Below are positions 15,961-24,745 of a stretch of DNA of 34,939 nucleotides, one piece after another. The stretch covers positions 1 to 34,939 of the forward strand of contig JAWXCN010000268.1 in assembly GCA_034408725.1 (NCBI GenBank), written 5' to 3'. How positions within the stretch are numbered: the first letter of the stretch is position 1; each line of letters opens with the position of its first letter. A model generated the notes under the pieces. It worked only from the letters and a program-made list of their open reading frames with translations. It did no database searches and was not told where the DNA came from. This DNA is from Candidatus Hydrogenedentota bacterium. GTDB lineage: Bacteria; Hydrogenedentota; Hydrogenedentia; Hydrogenedentales; SLHB01. The translations under genes and the position numbers were made by a program.

Positions 15961-18468
15961 TCATCGCCACCATTTCAACAGCAGCGGATCGCGTGTTGCG
16001 GACGTGAGTTCGACGATGATTCGGGCAGATGCGGATTGGCGTGACAGCTTGATTAACATGCTGTTTTTTCCCTGTTTCAAGGTAACGGGCATGAACAGTT
16101 CGTGATTGGTGTCCTCACTCGCCGTCTCGTGCGCGCCGCTGAGCGCGCCATTCACGAAGACTTTCACGCTCACCTTCGTCCTTACGTTCAACTGGGCCGC
16201 TTGCCGGGCCGGCGTGTTCCATTCGCAATAGGCGTAAAATGTCTCCGGCACGACGGTCGCCTCTCCCACAAATGGCAACCCCAGCGCATCATCAATCGAG
16301 AAATCGGAGATGACTTCGCCGAGCGCGAACCAGCGCGTCCACCGTACCGCGTCGCGCCATCCTGCGTGCACCGCCGAGAGATCGACATTTTGTTCCGGCG
16401 GATATACCGTGTCGTGGCCGGCGTGGTCCCAGTTTGCGAACGGCCCTATCACGCTCCACAATTTCGCGCGCTCCGCGCGTTCGCGCCGCGACCAATCCAG
16501 CACCGACTGCGGGAGCGAAGGTGTATCGTCAGACGGAACGGAGCGGCGGCCAAAGTGACGCAACACATTCACGAATAGCCGGTCGGCTACGGGGTCCATG
16601 CCGAGGTGGTCCAGAAACCGAAGATGCGTAAATACGATGCGGCCCGCGCCGAACCGGCGCACGAGCAGGTCTTCGCTCCAGGTGACTTCTCCGTCACGAA
16701 ACGCCAATGCGCCGGCGATGCTTTCGTCGGACGTATCCTCGAAGGCCGCGCGCGGCGCCAAATTCCGAAATGGCTGGCGCATGAGGCAACGCGCCGGCAG
16801 TCCCTCGAACACGGGATGGAGCCGTATGTAATGGTACGCGTCGATTGCGGATGTGGTGGTCGCGCGAATGGAATCATCAATGCGATCCGCCAAGTCGTTC
16901 CAGTCGCGCGGCGGGCCGATGACGAGGCCGACTGCCCCGGCCCGCACTTCCGCGAGCACGTTCAGCAGATCGGTTTCGGGGTAACCGCGGATTGTGTTTG
17001 CCAGCGGCGGCAGGACGTATACCCGGGGTTTCGCCCCGGTGGTGCGTCCGAGCGGCAGGCAGCGGTCAGACCACTGACGCTGCGGGTCCAACACGCTTAA
17101 CTCGACTTCGCCGGCCGTTGTCGGCTCGACAACGTGAAGGTCCATGCTGTTTTGACAAAGCAGCTTCATGCCCTGCATCAGCCGCACGACGAACCGGTGC
17201 GTGCCGACGGAGCCGGAAGCCGAGATTGTCCCGCTCCATATTTCGCGGGTCTGTTTCGGCACTTTTACGGACCGCTTCTTTTTCCACAACACCTGGTTTG
17301 TTGGGCCAACGACTTGAAGCGACAGATCGGCCAGGGGTTCCACCCGATCATCGTTTACAACGGTGACGGTGACGGGGACTTCCTCGCGCGGCACGAGTGT
17401 CGTTCGCGCGGCGCGTAGCGCAAGCAGCATGGGCGTTTGCACCGAGGCCAGGGACGGCGAGGGAACGGCGCCCTGCGCGTCGAGGCAGTATCCGCTCAAT
17501 TTGGAATTTAGTCGGGCAGCCTGTAGTTGCGCTTTCACCGTCTCGATGCGCGTTGCTTCCACTGCTTCTATCAAGGCTTCCGCATTTGGGAACGCAGTGG
17601 TCAGCTCGCGCTCGGCCAACGCGGTCTCAATGACCGCGTTATTTTCACCCTGGCGCCGATGCCATCCAATCGCGCCAAAGGAAATCAGGATGGAAGGGTC
17701 GTTCGGGCTGCCTACGTTTTCATAATACCGTTCGCCGCGCGGCGTGCTTGGCGCGGGCAAGTGCGCGGTGATTGCGTCGAGCCGGGAAATGTCGTCATGG
17801 TAGGGGCGCATATACAGGGCCTCGGCCCCGATAGCGTCCAATCCGCTCGCGATCACCCGGCTTGGATCGAGTCCGTGAACGAGCCGTATTGCCTTCTCGC
17901 GGCTTTGAGTATCTTCGTACCGGTGGATGACGCCCCACATCACAATTGATGCGTGGTTGCGGCGCGCCATCACTGAGGCCCGCGCGGCCCGTTCGTCGCT
18001 CACATCGACGGTATCGCACACCATCATGCCAAGCGCGTCCGCGGCATCCAACAGCCAAGCCGGCGCGGGCATTTCGCACATGCGCAGAAAGGTAAACCCA
18101 CTCTTCTTCACACCGTGCAGCCACGCTTCGCTCATGGGATCGGATTCTCTGCAATTCAGTCCGCGCAACACGATTGGCCGGTTATTGAGGTGGAACCGGT
18201 GGTCTTTCACGGTGAATTCGCGCATGCCGAATTGCGCGACCGGCTCGTTGTTGCTTTGGAGCGTGTAGAGGGCCGGGGCATCTGGTGACCAGACCTTGAA
18301 GTCGGGAAGGTCAAGTACATGGGTTCCCGCGGCGGCGCGCAGACTACCGGAAAGCCCGCTGATGGATAGTTCAACAGGGTCCGTAAGCGTTTCGGGTACC
18401 GTCACGGTGACGCGTTTTCGGCGCAGATCGGGCTGGATATAGAGCGCGGAGGACATCAGCGGGGGCAT
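15961..18468 (-). CDS. Glycoside hydrolase family 2-like multidomain protein, apparently non-catalytic
   Basis: GH2 hallmarks WSPDAPALYTL, FGMREF...LNNRPIVLRGLN, ADALGMMV, RNHASIVMW and LDPSR. GGAGG SD before ATG 18468. Confidence 0.85.
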   Translation of the reverse strand: MPPLMSSALYIQPDLRRKRVTVTVPETLTDPVELSISGLSGSLRAAAGTHVLDLPDFKVWSPDAPALYTLQSNNEPVAQFGMREFTVKDHRFHLNNRPIVLRGLNCRESDPMSEAWLHGVKKSGFTFLRMCEMPAPAWLLDAADALGMMVCDTVDVSDERAARASVMARRNHASIVMWGVIHRYEDTQSREKAIRLVHGLDPSRVIASGLDAIGAEALYMRPYHDDISRLDAITAHLPAPSTPRGERYYENVGSPNDPSILISFGAIGWHRRQGENNAVIETALAERELTTAFPNAEALIEAVEATRIETVKAQLQAARLNSKLSGYCLDAQGAVPSPSLASVQTPMLLALRAARTTLVPREEVPVTVTVVNDDRVEPLADLSLQVVGPTNQVLWKKKRSVKVPKQTREIWSGTISASGSVGTHRFVVRLMQGMKLLCQNSMDLHVVEPTTAGEVELSVLDPQRQWSDRCLPLGRTTGAKPRVYVLPPLANTIRGYPETDLLNVLAEVRAGAVGLVIGPPRDWNDLADRIDDSIRATTTSAIDAYHYIRLHPVFEGLPARCLMRQPFRNLAPRAAFEDTSDESIAGALAFRDGEVTWSEDLLVRRFGAGRIVFTHLRFLDHLGMDPVADRLFVNVLRHFGRRSVPSDDTPSLPQSVLDWSRRERAERAKLWSVIGPFANWDHAGHDTVYPPEQNVDLSAVHAGWRDAVRWTRWFALGEVISDFSIDDALGLPFVGEATVVPETFYAYCEWNTPARQAAQLNVRTKVSVKVFVNGALSGAHETASEDTNHELFMPVTLKQGKNSMLIKLSRQSASARIIVELTSATRDPLLLKWWR

Positions 18469-18641
18469 GGCGCACCTCCGCATGGCGCGCGATGCGCGCC
18501 GTACCGGGCAATTCGAATGGGTAATGCGGCCATGCTATGGTCTCGTCTGAACGTGCGGATCGTACTCCCGGCCCCGGCGTGAATCAAGACCAAGGAACTT
18601 GCCCGCCGTGATCGGTGTTGCACCCGCAGGAGGATCATGAG

Positions 18642-19511
18642 ATGCCAATGGCCCGGATACTAATCACACTAATTATCGCGCTGCCGGTTGGGGCGGTCGC
18701 TGGAATGTTTTATGCCAACCAGAATGCCGGCATGCAGCTTGCCCAGTTGCAGGCGGACCGCGACGCGCTAAAGGCCTCTCAAAGTGACCTGAAGGAACAG
18801 GAAGAGAAAGCGCGCGAACAGGTTGAAGCGCTTGAACGCGAGAAACGGCATCTCGAAGACCAACTCGCTTCCGCATCCAAACCCAAAACCTCGCCAATGG
18901 CCGAACTGGAAGAGGTCGCCGCGCCCGGCGATACACTGCTCGGAGATGCGTCGCCCGAGGGAGACGCATCGGTTGGAGACGGGCGTGATCGAGTCGGGGA
19001 CGGCGACGAAAATGATCCCGAGCGCCAGGCGCGGATGGAGGAGTGGCGGCAGGAACGTGAGCAGCGTGGCGCAGAAATGCGGCAGCGCATGGACGAGTTC
19101 ATGGCGAACGAAATTCAGAACGCGCCGGACAAGGCGACCCAAGACCGCCTCGCCGCGATGAATGATTATTCACAAGGCATGATGGACCTGTTTCAACAAA
19201 TGCGGGACGCGGAAACCGACGAGGAACGCGACGCGATTCGCGCGCAGTTGCAGGAGAACGGTACTGCGGCGCGTGAACTCGTGCGGGAACATCAGGACCA
19301 GCTCATGCGCCAGAGCCTGACCCAGAGCGGCGTTACGGACGCCAGCGCACAGGATGCCGCCATGCAGTCGCTTCGCCAAACCATGGAAGGACCGTTCTTC
19401 CGCGGACCGATGGCGGGCATGGGCGGTTGGGGCGGCGATCGTGGCGGTGGAGATCGAGGCCGGGGTGACTGGGGCGGACGAGGTCGCGGACCGTCGAATT
19501 CGGGCGGCTAA
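18642..19511 (+). CDS. Hypothetical membrane-anchored coiled-coil protein with Gly/Arg-rich C-terminal tail
   Basis: AGGAGG SD; N-terminal hydrophobic helix, Q/E/R/M-rich helices, and tail GGWGGDRGGGDRGRGDWGGRGRG. Confidence 0.85.
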   Translation: MPMARILITLIIALPVGAVAGMFYANQNAGMQLAQLQADRDALKASQSDLKEQEEKAREQVEALEREKRHLEDQLASASKPKTSPMAELEEVAAPGDTLLGDASPEGDASVGDGRDRVGDGDENDPERQARMEEWRQEREQRGAEMRQRMDEFMANEIQNAPDKATQDRLAAMNDYSQGMMDLFQQMRDAETDEERDAIRAQLQENGTAARELVREHQDQLMRQSLTQSGVTDASAQDAAMQSLRQTMEGPFFRGPMAGMGGWGGDRGGGDRGRGDWGGRGRGPSNSGG

Positions 19512-19596
19512 TAATAACCACGCCGCCTTTGAGTATGGCTGCGGTAATTTGCGCAGTCCAATAGTCTCCACTCAAAGCCACGTTTCAACAAGAAGC

Positions 19597-19742
19597 CTAT
19601 TTGGACTGCGGCGGCCCCCAAGGCGCCGCTTTGGCTGTTTATCACAGACGGCCTGCCCCTCACCGTGCGCGCGCGAAGTCCTCGCCCATAAACAGCCAAA
19701 GCGGTGTCTGCGCTACCCGCTCCGCCACCGCAGTCCAAATAG
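19597..19742. repeat. Inverted pair of family-A REP-like units (REPIN/BIME-like long hairpin)
   Basis: Outer IR CTATTTGGACTGCGGCGGC (19597-19615) vs 19724-19742 matches 18/19. Inner IR CCGCTTTGGCTGTTTAT (19626-19642) vs 19688-19704 is perfect. Confidence 0.85.
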
Positions 19743-19835
19743 CGCCGAGTGTAAATCGGGTTACGTTATTTGATGCGGCGTTTGCTATGCTTTCGCCTCT
19801 AACACTTCGGTATATCCATTTTAGGAGACTTGGTC

Positions 19836-21761
19836 TTGCGCCTGGTACGCATTGGCGTTGCCGCGGTATCCGTGAAAGTTGGCGATTTCGCCGGCAATGC
19901 GGCGCGCCTCAAAGCAATCATTGCGGACGCCAAACGCCAGAAGGTCCACCTTTTGGTGACTCCGGAGCTGTGCATATCGGGCTACAGCCTCGAAGACCGC
20001 GTGTGGTGGCAGGACATCACGCGGCGAAGCTGGAAATCGCTCGAGTCCCTCGCGAAATCGTGCAAGGGCATCACCGCGTTTTTCGGCCTCCCTGTCCGCA
20101 TCGAATCAATGGTCTACAACGCCGCCGCCCTCGTCCATGACGGTTCCATACGTGGACTCATCCTCAAGCGCCATCTACCGACCTATAGCATTTTCTATGA
20201 AGGGCGCAATTACACGTCGTGGCTGGGCGGAGTCACCGAAGTCAACGGAGTTCCCGCGGGCGAGCTGGTATTTGAACTGCCGTTCGGCAACGTCAGCGCG
20301 GAAATCTGCGAAGACCTCTGGTCTTCTGAATCCCCGGCGGACGCGCGGGCGCGCGCGGGCGCGGAAATCATCTGCAATCCCAGCGGCTCGCCATTCACCC
20401 CATTGAAGAACGAACATCGCCGCAAACTCATCCTCGGCGCGTCCAACAGCATGGCCTGCGTTTACGCCTACGCAAATATCCTCGGCCTCGACAACAGCCG
20501 CCTCGTGTTTGATGGCGGGGGCATCATCGCAACGCCCGACGGCGTGGTGACGGAAGGTCCGCTGCTTTCCAAACAGTATTGGACCCTTGCGACAGGAATC
20601 GTCGATCTCGATGACATCGCCCGGTTGCGCGGCGAAAACACGACTTGGCGTCAAAGTGCAACGCGTCTTGGCAATCCTGAAGGCATCTCGATCGTCGATG
20701 CGCGCGACGGAAAGTTCACGCCGGCGCCCATGAAAGACTATGCCGCACAATTACCCACAAGTTTTTTTATGCCGCGCACATCGTGGATCGTCAACGACGC
20801 CACGAAGTATCTCGATGAATTGTTCGACGCGCTCGTGCTGGGGCTGCGCGACTATTTCGAGAAGGTCGGCGCATTCGAACGGTACCTCGTGGCTTTGTCC
20901 GGCGGACGCGATTCTGCGTTGTGCCTGCTGCTCGCGGTGTATGCGGCGAAGGCCATGCGCGAGGGCAAAGACGCAAAGAAATACGCGGACCGCGTTGCAA
21001 CCGTGTATTTACCCAACAAGGCGTTCAGCACCAAAGCGACCGAGAACGCCGCGCGCGCTATGGCGGCGGAGTTGGGAGTGCCGTTTCAAGTCGTGTCGAT
21101 TTCCGACGAGTGCGACATAGCGCTGAAGAAGGCCATCGAGTTGATGGGCAACGACAAAAAAGTGACTCCTCTCGCGCGGCAAAACCTTCAGGCGCGCGTG
21201 CGCGGGAACATGATGCTGAACTGGGCGAATAGCGCGAACGCGCTACTGCTGGTAACGTCAAACCTCAGCGAAGCAGCAGTTGGCTACACCACCACGGGTG
21301 GCGACAACCAGGGCGGCTATTCTCCGATTGCGAATGTTCCGAAGACACTCGTGACACGATTGGTCGGGCACATTGCCCAGCGCGATGGGCTCAAGTCGTT
21401 GCAGAAAGTTCTCGATATACCGCCCAGCGCCGAACTCGCGCCGGACCAGTTGGACGAAGCGGACCTGATGCCCTACGCCATTCTCGACGACCTTCTGTTT
21501 CTGTTTGCGCGAAAACGCCTGGCGCTTGCCGATTGCTGGCGCATGCTCGTACATCGGCACACGGACCACTCGCCGGCACAACTTCGCGAATGGACCGCGC
21601 GCTTCGGAAAATTGTTCGCGTACAACCAATGGAAACGTGAACAGTTGCCCGTCACGATGAAAGTGCTCGATCTCGATCTTGATCCTAAAACGGGATTTCG
21701 CTTTCCCGTGACGCAAAGCATTGATGACGAGTTGGAAGAACTTACGAAGGCAAAAGCGTAA
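19836..21761 (+). CDS. nadE: Glutamine-dependent NAD+ synthetase
   Basis: Nitrilase-type triad (TPELCISGY, KRHLPTY, EICEDLW) plus synthetase motifs LSGGRDS, NLQARVR, NLSEAAVGY and PPSAEL. TTG start 8 nt after AGGAG. Confidence 0.96.
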   Translation: MRLVRIGVAAVSVKVGDFAGNAARLKAIIADAKRQKVHLLVTPELCISGYSLEDRVWWQDITRRSWKSLESLAKSCKGITAFFGLPVRIESMVYNAAALVHDGSIRGLILKRHLPTYSIFYEGRNYTSWLGGVTEVNGVPAGELVFELPFGNVSAEICEDLWSSESPADARARAGAEIICNPSGSPFTPLKNEHRRKLILGASNSMACVYAYANILGLDNSRLVFDGGGIIATPDGVVTEGPLLSKQYWTLATGIVDLDDIARLRGENTTWRQSATRLGNPEGISIVDARDGKFTPAPMKDYAAQLPTSFFMPRTSWIVNDATKYLDELFDALVLGLRDYFEKVGAFERYLVALSGGRDSALCLLLAVYAAKAMREGKDAKKYADRVATVYLPNKAFSTKATENAARAMAAELGVPFQVVSISDECDIALKKAIELMGNDKKVTPLARQNLQARVRGNMMLNWANSANALLLVTSNLSEAAVGYTTTGGDNQGGYSPIANVPKTLVTRLVGHIAQRDGLKSLQKVLDIPPSAELAPDQLDEADLMPYAILDDLLFLFARKRLALADCWRMLVHRHTDHSPAQLREWTARFGKLFAYNQWKREQLPVTMKVLDLDLDPKTGFRFPVTQSIDDELEELTKAKA

Positions 21762-21779
21762 TAACGGAGGTTTTTCGCC

Positions 21780-23066
21780 GTGAAAACATTTCTGCGGAGC
21801 GCACTGCTACTGGGCGCATGTTACGGCTTGGGAATTAGTGCGGCCGCACAATTCAAATCGCTCAAGGAAGCAGATGGCAAACACTGGTTCAAAGGGCAAA
21901 CCCACACGCACACGCTCTGGAGCGACGGCGACGCCGCGCCGGAACTCGCTGTCGCTTGGTACAAGGACCACGGCTACGATTTTCTGTCCGTGACTGATCA
22001 CAACACGATGCTGCGCGGCGAAAAGTGGTTCATCGTCAACGACAAGGAGCGGCTCACCAACGCGCGCCTCGCGGAGTTAAAGGAACGGTTCGGCGCGGAC
22101 TGGGTCGAGACCGCGGAGGCGGGCGGAGAACTCGTCATGCGCCTCAAAACTTATGAGGAACTTCGCGCCCGCTTCGAGGAACCCGGCAAATTCATTCTCG
22201 TGGAAGGTGAAGAGATCACCTCGAATGCGCATGTCAATGGCATCAACATTCTCGAAAAGATTGCGCCATCCATAGCCGAGGCCACCCGCGAAGTCATCCG
22301 CGAGGATTTCGCGGCGGTCGATCACCAAAGCCACACGCATAAAAAGCCGATGATTGCGCATCTGAACCATCCAAACTGGGGTAAACTCGGCGTGCCGCCC
22401 GAGGACCTCATCGCCGTGGATACGAGCCGTTTCTTCGAGGTCTACAACGGGCACGGCGGGGTGAACAACTGGGGCGATGCTGCCCTTTTCCGCGTCCCCA
22501 TGGATCGCTATTGGGACATCGTATTGTCGGTGCGGCTGGCCGCAAACCCGGAAAACATCCTCTACGCGCTCGGCACGGACGATGCCCATGACTATTTCGT
22601 GCGAGGTCCGGGCAATTCAATTCCTGGACGGGGCTGGTGCATGGTGTTGTCGGAATCGCTCGAGGCCGACGCGATCACGCGCGCATTCATTGACGGTGAT
22701 TTCTACGCCAGCGCGGGTGTGATGTTAAACGCTGTTGAGTGGGACGACAAAACATTTCGCGTGGACATTGCGGCGGAGCCTGATGTGACGTACACGACCA
22801 TTTTCTACGGCACAAAAAGGGGCGCAGACGTTTCGAGCACGCCAACACTGGACGCGAGTGGCATGGAAGTTCCAAACGTAGCGCGGCAGTATAGCGATCA
22901 GCTTGGCGCGGTGTTGCTCGAAACAAAAGTAAACCCCGCCGTATACAGCTTCACTGGAGACGAGTTGTACGTGCGCGCGAAAGTGGTTTCGTCGAAGCTG
23001 AAAGTTGATCCGTTTAAGGAAGGCGACGTGGAAATGGCCTGGACGCAACCGGCGGTGCGGAAATAA
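21780..23066 (+). CDS. Exported PHP-domain metallohydrolase
   Basis: Signal peptide; HTHTLWSDG, TDHN, GEEIT, NHP, FEVYNG and DDAH metal ligands; GGAGG SD. Confidence 0.88.
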   Translation: MKTFLRSALLLGACYGLGISAAAQFKSLKEADGKHWFKGQTHTHTLWSDGDAAPELAVAWYKDHGYDFLSVTDHNTMLRGEKWFIVNDKERLTNARLAELKERFGADWVETAEAGGELVMRLKTYEELRARFEEPGKFILVEGEEITSNAHVNGINILEKIAPSIAEATREVIREDFAAVDHQSHTHKKPMIAHLNHPNWGKLGVPPEDLIAVDTSRFFEVYNGHGGVNNWGDAALFRVPMDRYWDIVLSVRLAANPENILYALGTDDAHDYFVRGPGNSIPGRGWCMVLSESLEADAITRAFIDGDFYASAGVMLNAVEWDDKTFRVDIAAEPDVTYTTIFYGTKRGADVSSTPTLDASGMEVPNVARQYSDQLGAVLLETKVNPAVYSFTGDELYVRAKVVSSKLKVDPFKEGDVEMAWTQPAVRK

Positions 23067-23067
23067 C

Positions 23068-23399
23068 ACATCCCCCTAAATCCCCCTTCAAAGGGGGAAT
23101 TAAAGAGAAACCCTCGCAGGGGCCGGAAGTTCCTCGCCTTTGTTGCTATGGACCTCGGTGCGTGTTCTAAAGTCCCCTTGAACTTCAAAGGGGAACTTAA
23201 AGAGAAACCCTCGCCGGGGCCGGAAGTTTTCCTCGCCTTTGTTGCTATGGACCTCGGTGCGCGTTCTAAAGTCCCCTTGAACTTCAAAAGGGGACTTAAA
23301 GAGAAATCCTCGCAGGGGCCGGAAGTTCCTCGTCTTTGTCATTTTGGACGTCGTTGCGCGTTCTAAAGTCCCCCTTTGAAGGGGGATTTAGGGGGATGT
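23068..23399. repeat. Palindromic repeat array (family B): perfect 31-bp terminal inverted repeats around three 97-99-bp direct units
   Basis: ACATCCCCCTAAATCCCCCTTCAAAGGGGGA (23068-23098) is the exact reverse complement of 23369-23399. Units start at 23086, 23183 and 23282. Confidence 0.95.
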
Positions 23400-23410
23400 T
23401 AGGGCGGGTA

Positions 23411-24745
23411 TCACCGCGTGGAAATATCCGTCTTTGGCGAATCCATCAGGCCGAACATCATTTCCGCTTCGGCGACGATGTGGCCATCGCACCTCGCGAC
23501 CGCGCTAACGCGGCAGGCGTTGCGCCGGATTTGCAGCATTTCGGCTTCGATGACCAATTGGTCGCCGGGCACGACAGTGCGGCGGAATTTCGCGCGGTCT
23601 ATGCCGAGGAAAATGGCCACCTTGCCGGGGTCCACGCCGCTTTCGTGAAAAATCAGCACGGAACTCACCTGGGCCATGCATTCGATAATCAGTACGCCGG
23701 GCATCACCGGCATGGACGGCCAGTGTCCTTGAAAATACGGCTCGTTGACCGAAACGTTTTTGATCCCGACCACGCGTTCGAACGGCACAAACGACAGGAT
23801 ACGGTCCACCAGCAAGAACGGGAACCGGTGCGGAAGCACTTTCATAATCATGTTTACGTCGAGCAGGGTGGGTTGTTTCGTGACCGGCACGCGGGAATCT
23901 TTTTTCGAACGGCCATTCAACAGACTCTTCTTCACTTCCTGCGAAAACTTCACGTGCGACGCATGACCGGACTTGACGCCGATGACATGCCCGCGCACGG
24001 GCCGTCCGAGGAGATACATGTCCCCAAGCAGATCCAGAATCTTGTGCCGCACGAATTCGTCGGGAAAGCGCAACTCTTCGTTAAGGATCGATTCATCGCC
24101 GATGGCAACCGCGTTCTCGAGGCTTACGCCGCGGATCAGTCCCTGCTCCTGAAGCATTTTCGCGTCGCGCAGAAACCCGAAAGTACGCGCGGGCGCGATC
24201 TCTTTTGCGAACAACTCGGGCGTGATGATGTATGAGGCGTATTGCGTGCCTATCGCAACGTGATCGAAGGAAATCGTCATCGTCACCCGCAGATCGTCGG
24301 ACGGAAGCACGCTCAGCGCAACGTCTTCGTTCCGGTAGTATACCGGTTGCTTGATCGTGATGTACTGGCGTTCGGCGTCCTGCTCGACGAGGCCCGCCTT
24401 TTGCAGCGTCGTCATAAACGGCACGCTGCTGCCGTCACCGACCGGCGTTTCGCTTGCGTCCACGTCGATATTCAGGTTGTCAATGCAAAGACCGGCGATG
24501 GCCGCGAGCACGTGCTCGACGGTATGGACTTTTACCCCGTTGACACCAATGGTCGTTCCATAGGAGACGTCCACGACGTTATCGACCTCGGCCTTAATTG
24601 CTGGCCGGTCCGGTAAATCGGCCCGGAAAAATGTAATGCCGCTATTCGGAGGGGCGGGCTTGAACGTGATGGTCGTCAGATTGCCCGTATGCAAGCCGAT
24701 GCCGGAGAAAGATGCATCTCTAGCTATCGTCTTTTGGCGTTCCAT
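23411..24745 (-). CDS. lpxC/fabZ: Bifunctional UDP-3-O-acyl-GlcNAc deacetylase / 3-hydroxyacyl-ACP dehydratase
   Basis: GIGLHTG, TVEHVLAA, APARTFGF and HKILDLLGD (LpxC) fused to LPHRFPFLLVDRI and FQGHWP..PVMPGVLIIECMAQ (FabZ). Confidence 0.97.
   Translation of the reverse strand: MERQKTIARDASFSGIGLHTGNLTTITFKPAPPNSGITFFRADLPDRPAIKAEVDNVVDVSYGTTIGVNGVKVHTVEHVLAAIAGLCIDNLNIDVDASETPVGDGSSVPFMTTLQKAGLVEQDAERQYITIKQPVYYRNEDVALSVLPSDDLRVTMTISFDHVAIGTQYASYIITPELFAKEIAPARTFGFLRDAKMLQEQGLIRGVSLENAVAIGDESILNEELRFPDEFVRHKILDLLGDMYLLGRPVRGHVIGVKSGHASHVKFSQEVKKSLLNGRSKKDSRVPVTKQPTLLDVNMIMKVLPHRFPFLLVDRILSFVPFERVVGIKNVSVNEPYFQGHWPSMPVMPGVLIIECMAQVSSVLIFHESGVDPGKVAIFLGIDRAKFRRTVVPGDQLVIEAEMLQIRRNACRVSAVARCDGHIVAEAEMMFGLMDSPKTDISTR

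Noticed and set aside
22898..23366. Short ORFs across the repeat array
   Set aside because: They are translations of the repeat units, with no SD or coding signal.
23068..23399. CRISPR array interpretation of the repeat array
   Set aside because: The would-be spacers are near-identical copies, the array has terminal inverted repeats, and no cas genes are present.
23411..24745. LpxC-FabZ fusion as a novelty
   Set aside because: The fusion is already well known from Bacteroidota and other phyla.
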